The translations under genes and the position numbers were made by a program. The notes below the pieces were generated by a model. It saw only the letters and a list, made by a program, of their open reading frames with translations, searched no databases and had not been told where the DNA came from. From NCBI GenBank assembly GCA_016124755.1, contig WGNA01000031.1:1-64000 (forward strand): DNA of 64,000 nt, given 5' to 3'. This DNA is from Bacteroidota bacterium (lineage in GTDB: Bacteria; Bacteroidota; Bacteroidia; NS11-12g; UBA9320). This document shows, in pieces, positions 49,245 through 58,153 of the stretch (positions are counted from its first letter, which is position 1; each line of letters begins with the position of its first letter).

Positions 49245-50130
49245 AATTAAAAGAATGAAATGAATTAAAAGAATTAAGAATTGGGGAATTGGAGAATTGG
49301 AGAATTGGGGAATGTTCACTACGGAGCGTCATCCCACCGACGAACTCGAGGATATCTGGTGTAGGAATAAAATCCGAGTCGAGTTGTCAGTGTAAACATT
49401 CTTACAACGTTCCGGGTACTCATCTTACCTACGAATGCCGATGAGTAATTTAACAAAGCAATATCTCGCACGGCATTGTCAGCATTAATTGGAGAATGTT
49501 CACTACGGAGCGTTATCTCGGACACCGTTCCGGGATCTCATCTTACCGACGAATGCCGAAGAGAAATTTTAAGAGAGCAACATTTTCGCACCGCATAGTC
49601 TGCATGAATTAAACTTGTTTCAGGATCTTATTCCAACAAACAGTTAAAAGAATATTTTTCATGAACACTCAAAACCCGCGGATTCAAATGGAAACGTTTG
49701 ATGAAGCGGGCTTTTTGTTAACTAATTAGAATGAAAAAAATTACTGACGAATGCCTGATGAGTGAATTGTGAAGAGCATTATTGGGGAACGGCATTGTCA
49801 GCATAAATTGAAGAAGAGAATGTTCACCACGGAGCGTCATCCCACCGACGAACTCGAGGATATCTGGTGTAGGAATAAAATCCGAGTCGAGTTGTCAGTG
49901 TAAACTTTCTGACGCCGTTCCGGGATCTCATCTTACAGACAATTGCCGAAGAGAAATTTTAACAGAGCAACAATTTCGCAAGGCATGGTCTGCATAAATT
50001 GGAGATTTGGAGAATGTTCACCACGGAGCGTCATCCCACTGACGAACTTGGGGTTATTTTTATAGGAATAAAACTAGAGATGAGTTGTAAGGATAAACGT
50101 TCTAACTGCATTCCGCGATCTTTTTTAAAT
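49245..50130. repeat. mosaic intergenic repeat array, family C, cluster 3
   Basis: GGGGAAT/TGGAGAAT microsatellite. Four copies of the 85-bp TGTTCAC(C/T)ACGGAGCGTCATCCCAC(C/T)GACGAACT... module. CATTGTCAGCAT and CGAATGCCGA modules. Confidence 0.75.
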
Positions 50131-50246
50131 CGTAAACCCAATTTTTCAACCTCATTTATCTGCAAAACACACACGTTCATATAATGGATTTGAACAGCCG
50201 TGCGCATCGTTAGAATAATACCTAATTTTCCGCTTTAATCTGTTAA

Positions 50247-51668
50247 ATGCCAATGAGAATAGTTTTTACTACCGCGTTGTTGATGGTGTTCGGATTCGTA
50301 TCCGCCCAAGGTCTTATTCATCAGGCCGAATCTGAACTGAATCCTGATCAGCCTTTGCTGCGATGCGGGAGTCACGATTTTATGAAACAGATCGACAATA
50401 AAACCGGCAACTTTATGGAGTTGTCGAACCAGATGATGCGATCCGTTCAACAGACCAAAATGTTTAAGGGAACTCTCGGCGCCGATGACGTAATTACCAT
50501 TCCGGTTGTGTTTCATGTGGTGTACCACCATGATTTGGAAAATCTTCCTGATTCGGTGATTCAGAATCAACTCAAAGCATTGAACAATTGTTTCCGGAGA
50601 CGCAATGCCGATACGGTTAACATGCGCTCAGATTTCGAAGGGTTGGTGGGCGATGCTAAAATTCAGTTTGTATTGGCGAGTAAAGATCCCGGGGGACAAC
50701 CTACTTCTGGAATCGTTCGAAAGAGCACAACCATTGACGATTTTGGAGGAACTCTTCCGTACAAACAAGGTCAGAATACGGAAATTATCAAATGGGTGAA
50801 CGACAGTTTTTATAATAATTTATTTCGCATTACCCGCGATGAAAACGGTGGAAGCACTATTTGGGATCCGAATACATACCTCAATATCTGGATCGGCGAT
50901 TTACGGGTTTACGAACCTCAGGTTAATGATGTTCACGAAATTCTGTTTATGGGTTTAACGACTCCGCCAATCGGACATCCGAACTGGCCGGCGGAAGTAG
51001 TAAAAGTTTTTAAGAACTTTGATCAGGGTGTATTGATTCATTACAATTCAATTGGTCCGAATAATCCCGCTTTGTTTGAAGCGCCCTATACACAGTTTAA
51101 CGGAGTTGCGAATACCGGAAAAATCGTGGTTCACGAGGTCGGACATTATTTCGGTTTGCGCCATATCTGGGGTGACGGCGACTGCTCGGCAGACGACTAT
51201 GTAGATGATACGCCGAGAGCCGGTGCCGCAAGTAACTGGGGATGTTCACAGCTCAATTCGTGTAAAGACACCATCAATGGAAAAGACCTTCCGAACATGA
51301 TTGAAAATTATATGGATTATTCCGGTTCGTCTTGTATGAATTCCTTTACCAAAGGTCAGATCGATGTGATGCGATTTGTAATTAATAATTATCGTGCGCC
51401 TTTATTGAGTGTTAATAAACTGGAACAAGCTGCAATTGCACGCATTTATCCCAATCCTTCATCCGGATTAATTACTATTGATTTTATTTCGAATTCATTA
51501 AATCATATCATTAAAATTTACGATTTATCCGGACAGGAAATCACAACAAAAACGGTTTTCAATTCGAAAAGTATTCAGATGGAAACCAGTTTTACTCCCG
51601 GTTTGTATTGGGTAGAAATTGTGGGTGATAACGGATGGGTTCAACGAGAGAAATTGGTTGTGCAGTAA
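50247..51668 (+). CDS. M43 (cytophagalysin/pappalysin-like) zinc metalloprotease with a T9SS C-terminal sorting domain
   Basis: HEVGHYFGLRHIWGDGDC zinc motif. C-terminal ...IYPNPSSGLITIDF...GLYWVEIVGDNGWVQREKLVVQ. Confidence 0.8.
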   Translation: MPMRIVFTTALLMVFGFVSAQGLIHQAESELNPDQPLLRCGSHDFMKQIDNKTGNFMELSNQMMRSVQQTKMFKGTLGADDVITIPVVFHVVYHHDLENLPDSVIQNQLKALNNCFRRRNADTVNMRSDFEGLVGDAKIQFVLASKDPGGQPTSGIVRKSTTIDDFGGTLPYKQGQNTEIIKWVNDSFYNNLFRITRDENGGSTIWDPNTYLNIWIGDLRVYEPQVNDVHEILFMGLTTPPIGHPNWPAEVVKVFKNFDQGVLIHYNSIGPNNPALFEAPYTQFNGVANTGKIVVHEVGHYFGLRHIWGDGDCSADDYVDDTPRAGAASNWGCSQLNSCKDTINGKDLPNMIENYMDYSGSSCMNSFTKGQIDVMRFVINNYRAPLLSVNKLEQAAIARIYPNPSSGLITIDFISNSLNHIIKIYDLSGQEITTKTVFNSKSIQMETSFTPGLYWVEIVGDNGWVQREKLVVQ

Positions 51669-51759
51669 TGAGAAGTAGGATAGAATAATCTTGGAATATT
51701 GTCCGGGATGATGCTCCGTAGGGAACGAATTGTTTTTTGTTGAAGAGTTTCTGGTTTAA

Positions 51760-51945
51760 TGTTTCCCCGATTTTCTACCTTAAGACAAATTCCCGCCGGG
51801 GCTATCCGGCCTTTCCGACTGCCCACCCACGCGATCCTATTCATGTTGTGGGTTCCGCTTCGCAAAATTCATTTTGTTCTTTTTAATACTAAAATTGAAG
51901 TGATCCGACAAGTTAGTGCAATAAAGCGGAGAAGCATTTAATTTA
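51760..51945. repeat. family B repeat element, truncated copy B3 (inverted orientation)
   Basis: Matches the GC-rich half of B4/B5 (TTTCCCCGATTTTCTACC...CGCTTCGCA...). Confidence 0.7.
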
Positions 51946-51963
51946 ATGCAGACTGTAAATCAC

Positions 51964-52632
51964 CTAAAGATATCTTTCCTCCTTTTCCCGTTTGCGCACT
52001 TCAACTGCCGGAACACCGCTCATTAAAGCATAATCGCCACAATTTTCTAAAACGAGAGAACCTTCGCTTATAACCGAATAATTTCCAATGGTAATTCCAC
52101 GCTTTATAGTTGAACCGATGAGAACTGCCGAAAGCGTTCCGATGGTAACGCAGGCTCCGGTTGTTACGCCGGGTGCCAGACTGGAATAATCTGCCATTTC
52201 ACTTTCGTGGTCGATACTCGATTTAGTATTGAGAATCGTGAAATTTCCAAGGGTAGTTTCACTATTAATTACAACTCCTGCCATTACTGCGGAACCGTGA
52301 CCAATTTGCACATCCCGGGCAATTTGTGCCGAAGGATGAATAGCAGTTGCGAACTGAGCTTCGGGAACCAAAGCAGTAATTTTATCTTTTACTTTTTGTC
52401 GGATTCCGTTATCGCCAATCGCAATAAAAAGAAAACAACCGGGATGTTCTTGAAGTAATTCGGGAAGATCGGCTTCCTTTCCCAACACCTTATAACCGGC
52501 CGTTTCTTCGCCCGATTCACGAAACGAATCCACAAATCCGACAATTTCGTATTGACCAGATTTCTCAAAAATATCCACGATCACTTTTGCATGTCCGGAT
52601 GAACCGATGATAAGTACTTTTTGTGCGGGCAT
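51964..52632 (-). CDS. NeuD/PglB-family sugar O-acetyltransferase (hexapeptide-repeat)
   Basis: N-terminal Rossmann-like KVLIIGSSGHAKVIVDIF. C-terminal left-handed beta-helix hexapeptide repeats. 222 aa. Confidence 0.7.
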   Translation of the reverse strand: MPAQKVLIIGSSGHAKVIVDIFEKSGQYEIVGFVDSFRESGEETAGYKVLGKEADLPELLQEHPGCFLFIAIGDNGIRQKVKDKITALVPEAQFATAIHPSAQIARDVQIGHGSAVMAGVVINSETTLGNFTILNTKSSIDHESEMADYSSLAPGVTTGACVTIGTLSAVLIGSTIKRGITIGNYSVISEGSLVLENCGDYALMSGVPAVEVRKREKEERYL

Positions 52633-52718
52633 ATTGGAGGAAATGTTTTTAATATTACTTCACGAATATGATTTTTTCTATAAATCTGAAGCAAAGAAAA
52701 TTTAACGCAAGAACGGAT

Positions 52719-53141
52719 TTAATTTGACACCTGCTTCCTCACAAAATCAATATAAGCCAATTTCTTAAAATCGAACCAATGCTGGCGATACGGGGATGAG
52801 TCAATCAGCGTTTTAAAATGCCGGAACGGATTTTTGTTGGAAAGAATGCGGTATATTTTATCCCGGAAATAGTTGTCGGTTATCTGATCTGCAAAATTCT
52901 GCATGACCTCAAACGCTTCACTTGATTGCATTCCTTCAATGATGTGGTAATTATCCCGGTCTTTTTCAATTTTGTCGAGAACATCCTGCCACGGTAATTC
53001 TTCATCTGCAGAGAAAAAAAATTCGTTTTCTTCTGTTTTTGGAAGCGATTCAATTTCACCGGTAATGCGGTGAATATAACAAACCATTCCGGTTTCGAGC
53101 AGTTCGGCGATTTCTTCTATTTGTTTTTCGGTTAATGACAT
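52719..53141 (-). CDS. hypothetical protein
   Basis: 140 aa. The acidic N-terminus suggests an all-alpha fold. No motifs recognised. Confidence 0.45.
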   Translation of the reverse strand: MSLTEKQIEEIAELLETGMVCYIHRITGEIESLPKTEENEFFFSADEELPWQDVLDKIEKDRDNYHIIEGMQSSEAFEVMQNFADQITDNYFRDKIYRILSNKNPFRHFKTLIDSSPYRQHWFDFKKLAYIDFVRKQVSN

Positions 53142-53197
53142 TGTTCAATTCTGATTTTTAAAAAATGCTTGTCCGTTTTGATACGCCGAGATTGTTC

Positions 53198-53505
53198 TAC
53201 AATCTCTTTTCTTCTTACTTTTTTCTTGATAAAAAAGTAAGCAAAAAATCAAGTCGGAAAGAAAGCTGCCCAAGCGCCCTTTATCATTTGTTGAAAATCT
53301 GGGGAAAGAGGTGTCAAGCACTTTCCCGATTTTCTACCAAATGACAAATTCCCGCCGGGGCTATCCCGCCTTTCCGACGGCCCACCCACGCGTTTCTATT
53401 CTTGTTTTAGGATCCGCTTCGCACAATGCATTTTGTTCTTTCTACTGCTATAATGGAAGTGATCCACAAATTGGTGCTATTGCAATGAAGCGGTGAAACA
53501 TCTTA
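53198..53505. repeat. family B repeat element, copy B4 (inverted orientation)
   Basis: Carries the hairpin CTTACTTTTTTCTTGATAAAAAAGTAAG and the GC-rich core. Confidence 0.8.
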
Positions 53506-53589
53506 AAAAATTTAAAAATAAGAAAAATGATTTACACCCGGGAACACATTTTTGGCGAGCATAAAGTATCAAAACTGGTTGGTCTCTGT

Positions 53590-54165
53590 GTTAAGTGCTT
53601 AATTGATCATCCGGTTGTGTTAGATGTGCAATGAATTTGTATCTTTCATCCGGGGAGGGGTGGCTATAGCCCGGCATTTCCCATTCAGAAATAAGCATTT
53701 AATTCAAGCGGTTAATTTGTTTCGAAACCACAAACTGATTAACTTTCATCTGAGGGGTGGCTGTTGCCCAGCCGCAATAACTCTCCGAAATAGATTCCAT
53801 AACATAAAGTGCGAGGGTGGTAGGCCGAATGAAGTTCTATTCAACTCAATAATTCATTCGGTAAGAACCGCACGTTCAAGTGCCAACTCTGCGAACTCAT
53901 CCTCATCTCAACAAAAGAAGTGAGCTGTTATTACTCAAACATTTAAATTACGCATTCCTCATCTCCTGCGCCTCTGCGTGAAACAAGCCGAATTTTGGGG
54001 ATACTTACAGTATAGATAAAGCACGTTGTTGTCCTCTGCGAACTCTGCGTGAAAAATGGAACGCATTCAAAAAAGTAAGTGTTTAAAATTGTCTGGATTT
54101 TTGTTTAGTTATTTCAATACATCGAACTTTCATCCGGGGAGGGGCGGCTATAGCCCACAGTCAAC
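53590..54165. repeat. mosaic intergenic repeat array, family A, cluster 3 (inverted orientation)
   Basis: Three reverse-complement cores CTTTCATCCGGGGAGGGGTGGCTATAGCC plus CTGCGTGAA modules. The terminal segment is the reverse complement of the 6280-6305 end of cluster 1. Confidence 0.75.
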
Positions 54166-54183
54166 AACGAACCCACAATTGAC

Positions 54184-54624
54184 TCACCTCGCATATTTCT
54201 TTCGATTCTCTTCGCTAAAGATTATCGGAATACTCCAGCTCCTCGTTACAAACTTACCACGCCGGTAATACACATCCCATTCGGGAATTAATTGTACAAC
54301 CCGAAGCGCTACCTGATTCAACAGGGAATCATCGCAGCCGACTTTTATCCGGATGCTATCCGGTTTCGGTGAACTGCCCGATTGCAAAGCCACCCAAACC
54401 TTTTTGGATGCGGAATGCAAATCCGGGATGTTCTGCCAACGCATTCGGGAATACAAAAAACGGAACAGACTATCCGGATTCTCCGTAAACACGGATCTGA
54501 ATGATCTGGAATTATCAAACGTTAATTGTTGTTTTAAAATCCCCGATTCAAAAGTGAATTCTAATTCCTTTTCGTAAATCGATTCGTACTCGCTGTGCAC
54601 ATAAAGAATCTGTTTTCCGTCCAT
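54184..54624 (-). CDS. hypothetical protein (the start is placed at an internal Met; the longer ORF's N-terminus lies inside repeat B5)
   Basis: The ORF 54184..54873 has its first 83 codons inside repeat B5, so I restarted it at MDGKQILYVHSEY. Confidence 0.35.
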   Translation of the reverse strand: MDGKQILYVHSEYESIYEKELEFTFESGILKQQLTFDNSRSFRSVFTENPDSLFRFLYSRMRWQNIPDLHSASKKVWVALQSGSSPKPDSIRIKVGCDDSLLNQVALRVVQLIPEWDVYYRRGKFVTRSWSIPIIFSEENRKKYAR

Positions 54625-54747
54625 TGCCAGAATTTTCCCGGAAAACCAGTTAGCAGAAACAATGGATGTCCCGAACTCTTTCTGCAGATCAAAATAAATG
54701 CTTGTCTGTATGCATACACCAAGATTGTAAATTGGTTTGGGGGTCGA

Positions 54748-55040
54748 TGTACAATCTCTTTTCTTCTCACTTTTTTCTTGATAAAAAAGTAAGCAAAAAA
54801 TCAAGTCGGAAAGAAAGCTGCCCAAGCTCCCTTTATCATTTGTTGAAAATCTGGTGAAAGAAGTGTCAAGCACTTTCCCGATTTTCTACCAAATGACAAA
54901 TTCCCTCCGGGGCTATCCCGCCTTTCCGACGGCCCACCCACGCGATCCTAGTCTTGTTTTGGGATCCGCTTCGCACATTTCATTTTACTAAAATGGAAGC
55001 GATACACAAGTTGGTGTAAAAAAGCGGAGAAACATTTCAA
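54748..55040. repeat. family B repeat element, copy B5 (inverted orientation)
   Basis: Near-identical to B4. Confidence 0.8.
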
Positions 55041-55349
55041 AATATGTTCGGTTGTGGTAATCGCAACTGCGTTGAATGTGGGTTAGAAACAAACTGTCGT
55101 TCACCAATTTCCAGGTGGCCAGATAACCGCGTGAACAATCGGTAGAGGTCCAGGGTAGCGTGTCGCCGTTAATTGATCTGTCTGATTTATACCGGAAATA
55201 CGATTCCAACGGATTGGAATGCATTATAAACGTATCGCCCTTATAAATGAGACGGTCGCCGGTCTGTTCGGTTGCGAATGTGAGGGCGGGAAAAAGTAGG
55301 AGAAAGTAGTTGGAGTAATTTCTTCAAATAGGGGGATTTTGGTTCGCAT

Positions 55350-56105
55350 TTATTTATCTTTTACACATCTTATTGATGCTCCCAACTGCTTCAATCCATT
55401 TCCCTTGCTGATTTCAGAACTGCTAAAATACAAGCTGCGAACGTAAGCTCCCAAAAGACCTTCTTCTTTTACTTTGGTAGAAGTCCAGAAGTGGGCAAAT
55501 TTTCCTACTGAGCCAAAATTTCCAGATAATCCAGCGCGCACAGAACCAGGGAGTGCACAAAATCCGGATCCATTTGTTGCACCAATATTTGGCTGATACC
55601 AATACTTGAGTGTATTTTCTTTTAAAAGACCTCCTATGTTTATGCCGGAGTAGCCCATTTTTGTTGTGTCAACTTCCGGGTCCAAATATTTGCATAATTG
55701 ATTCCAGTCTACATCAGTAGCTACGTGCCAACCTTTTGGTGCAATTTGCCGCTCATCTTCAATCACAAACCAATTATATAGGTAGCCATAAGTAGTAATT
55801 AAGGATGTATCATTATTGATTATGGTCAAAGCACCATGTTCTAACCTACTCCATACATCTCCGTCATTAATTATTGGAATGTTGTCGCCATTGCGGTATC
55901 TCGTTACCCTTAAGTTTTCACACATCCAGATTTGGGAACCTATTTTAATTGTCTTATAAATATTACCGTCAATATCTCTAATTTTGGATTGGTACTTATT
56001 TAAATTATTGGGTTTGTTTTCAATTGAATTTATTTTATCTGAGTGAGATGTGCAACCAGAGGTGATCATGTATATAGATAATATTATGAGTGAAAATATT
56101 TTCAT
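55350..56105 (-). CDS. FISUMP-domain (Fibrobacter succinogenes major paralogous domain) lipoprotein
   Basis: Lipobox ITSGCTS. Motifs YGYLYNW, GWHVATDVDW and GASIRCVKD. Confidence 0.7.
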   Translation of the reverse strand: MKIFSLIILSIYMITSGCTSHSDKINSIENKPNNLNKYQSKIRDIDGNIYKTIKIGSQIWMCENLRVTRYRNGDNIPIINDGDVWSRLEHGALTIINNDTSLITTYGYLYNWFVIEDERQIAPKGWHVATDVDWNQLCKYLDPEVDTTKMGYSGINIGGLLKENTLKYWYQPNIGATNGSGFCALPGSVRAGLSGNFGSVGKFAHFWTSTKVKEEGLLGAYVRSLYFSSSEISKGNGLKQLGASIRCVKDK

Positions 56106-56218
56106 TTCATAAAGTCTAACGGTTTCGAGCTATACACAGGTAGGGATTTTATTACTTACCTGTCCTACGAAACATGAACCCCCTAATTGCGTACAGGTGA
56201 TGTTATGCAATCGCCCTT

Positions 56219-58153
56219 TTATATTTTGTTTGTCAAGTCTTTAAAGTAACCATAATCTTTGTCAACTAAAATTCGCCTGTCAAGATAGCAATTGAATTTT
56301 TCGCAAGACGTTTCGGGTAACAATGTACAACTGAAACAAGCGGAAAGATTCAAATTAGCGACTCCTTGCCCGTGTGTATGGTAACAAATGGGGTCTGTCG
56401 CACAGTCAATAGCTCGAATCATTGCTGATTCAATTAGTTTTCCTATTCTGTCGTCATCGCAAATTGATGTTATTCCACCGTAACTTCCCTCTGAACCTGC
56501 AATTGTGTAAATTAAAACTCCGTTCATTTCGGGGTTTTCGTCAATGTACAATCGTTCTTGAATTGATGTTGATGGGTAACCGCACAAATACTCCAATTCT
56601 TTAATAATTAAATGCGAAAATGTATGAATGAGAACATATTTTGGATTTAAGTCAAAGTCCTCATTAAAAGTCGATTCAAACTGTTGTTTGTTTCCGATTA
56701 AAATTGAAATCCGTTCTTGTATTTTGGGGTTGTTTTTAATCCATTCATCCAAGGCTTTATTGTCAAATTCAAAAAACACACCTTCGCCAAAACTTTCAAT
56801 CGCTGGTAAATATTTTGTTGTTTTACCATAAGTAGAAGTGAATTTTTTTATGATACTTTCAATTGTGATTTTTTCAGGGTCTTCATCTTCTAAAATTGCA
56901 TTTGATGCAATTGGCTCTTGTCTTGTGTACGAAGTCTGAACAGACGAAATTTTTATTTTATCCATTTTGAAAATGGACTTTATCAAATCGTTTTGAAAAA
57001 AAGAACTGTCTATTTTATTGAAAATCAATTTATCTTCAATTCTATCGCTATCTTTTTCAGTAATGAATTTATATTCGTCAAACCGATATTCATTTTCAGT
57101 TTTTGCAATTTCAAGGTTTTTTTCGCTGAAATTGTTATCAATCAGTTTCTGAATGGTTTCGGAATCTATGTCTATGTTTTTATAGCGTTTTAGGTTTCTC
57201 GAAATTGTTTGGGCATTACTTCCGTCATTGTATTCTTCTTTAACCAAGTTAACTGAAAACTCATTTAGCTCATCATTGGCAGGAATGAAAATACTCGACA
57301 AAATATTTGGGTAATAAACGCTATTACTTGAACGAATAACAGGTTTAAACAAAATGTCTGTTTCCTTTGTGTTTGGAATTAAATCTTGAATTTTTACCCT
57401 TAGATTGAACAAACCAGAAAGTGTTGTAAAATTTACTTGTTCTCCGTTTTTTCTTTTCGCAATTATCCAAATACCTTTCAAATCGTCCATTTTATCGGAT
57501 GTTTTGTACTCAAAAATCACATCATCCGGAACTTGAATATTTGCGAGCGTGATAATTTCTTCTTCATTTGGGGTTTGGGTTGATTCTGTATTGTCCTCTT
57601 TTTTTCTGTTTCTGAGTAATGACCATTTATCCCAAGGTATATCGGCAATTTCTCCATTTGGCGAGGTTAGGACAAAACGAACTTGTTCCAAATCATAAAA
57701 CTTTCTTTTTCTATCTCTGTTTTTAACGTAGCAACTGTAACACTTGGGTGGATAAAAATTGTCTTTATGGTACGAATCAACATTATTTTCCCAATTGATT
57801 TTCCACTTGTCAATTCTGTCAAAACGATTACAGTTGTTGCAGTAAAACCATTCAGGGAAATATTTTGCTGATAAAAAAGCAAATGGATTTTCGGGCTTAA
57901 AACCTTGTTTTAAATCGTTAACAGGGATTTTTATCAAGTGTTCTAACTCTTGAAAATACTTGCTCAATCGGTTTTTGAATCTTTTGTCAATGACAAAATT
58001 GTGTTCTTCAAATTGTCCGTTTGTGGTTTGAAAAAAAGGCCACTCGTTGAAGTTGTCAATCAATATTGAACCGTCTCTTGTTTCTATAATAGAACCAACA
58101 CCACCATACGAACTAATGGCTTTTCTTGTTTGTATTTGCTCAAATTGTCCCAT
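56219..58153 (-). CDS. DUF1998-like Cys-rich protein (DrmB / DruE C-terminal-module-like)
   Basis: 644 aa. N-terminal CNNCNRF...CYSC. The C-terminal block LIHTFSHLIIKELEYLCGYPSTSIQERLYI...GVLIYTIAGSEGSYGG...CATDPIC...ACFSCTL...SCEKFNC fits my memory of DUF1998 (the conserved HT.SH, LYD-GG and four-Cys elements). The start ATG shares 1 nt with the helicase stop. Confidence 0.6.
   Translation of the reverse strand: MGQFEQIQTRKAISSYGGVGSIIETRDGSILIDNFNEWPFFQTTNGQFEEHNFVIDKRFKNRLSKYFQELEHLIKIPVNDLKQGFKPENPFAFLSAKYFPEWFYCNNCNRFDRIDKWKINWENNVDSYHKDNFYPPKCYSCYVKNRDRKRKFYDLEQVRFVLTSPNGEIADIPWDKWSLLRNRKKEDNTESTQTPNEEEIITLANIQVPDDVIFEYKTSDKMDDLKGIWIIAKRKNGEQVNFTTLSGLFNLRVKIQDLIPNTKETDILFKPVIRSSNSVYYPNILSSIFIPANDELNEFSVNLVKEEYNDGSNAQTISRNLKRYKNIDIDSETIQKLIDNNFSEKNLEIAKTENEYRFDEYKFITEKDSDRIEDKLIFNKIDSSFFQNDLIKSIFKMDKIKISSVQTSYTRQEPIASNAILEDEDPEKITIESIIKKFTSTYGKTTKYLPAIESFGEGVFFEFDNKALDEWIKNNPKIQERISILIGNKQQFESTFNEDFDLNPKYVLIHTFSHLIIKELEYLCGYPSTSIQERLYIDENPEMNGVLIYTIAGSEGSYGGITSICDDDRIGKLIESAMIRAIDCATDPICYHTHGQGVANLNLSACFSCTLLPETSCEKFNCYLDRRILVDKDYGYFKDLTNKI

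Noticed and set aside
54625-54873. Longer version of the hypothetical ORF 54184..54873
   Set aside because: Its N-terminal 83 codons fall inside repeat copy B5, so I restarted the CDS at the first Met outside the repeat.
55350-56105. Candidate PLD-nuclease (DrmC) or methyltransferase partner for the helicase/DUF1998 genes among the neighbours
   Set aside because: The adjacent gene is a FISUMP lipoprotein. No HxK(x)4D PLD motif or SAM-binding motif occurs in any ORF between 55040 and 58153. If a partner exists it must lie beyond 64000.
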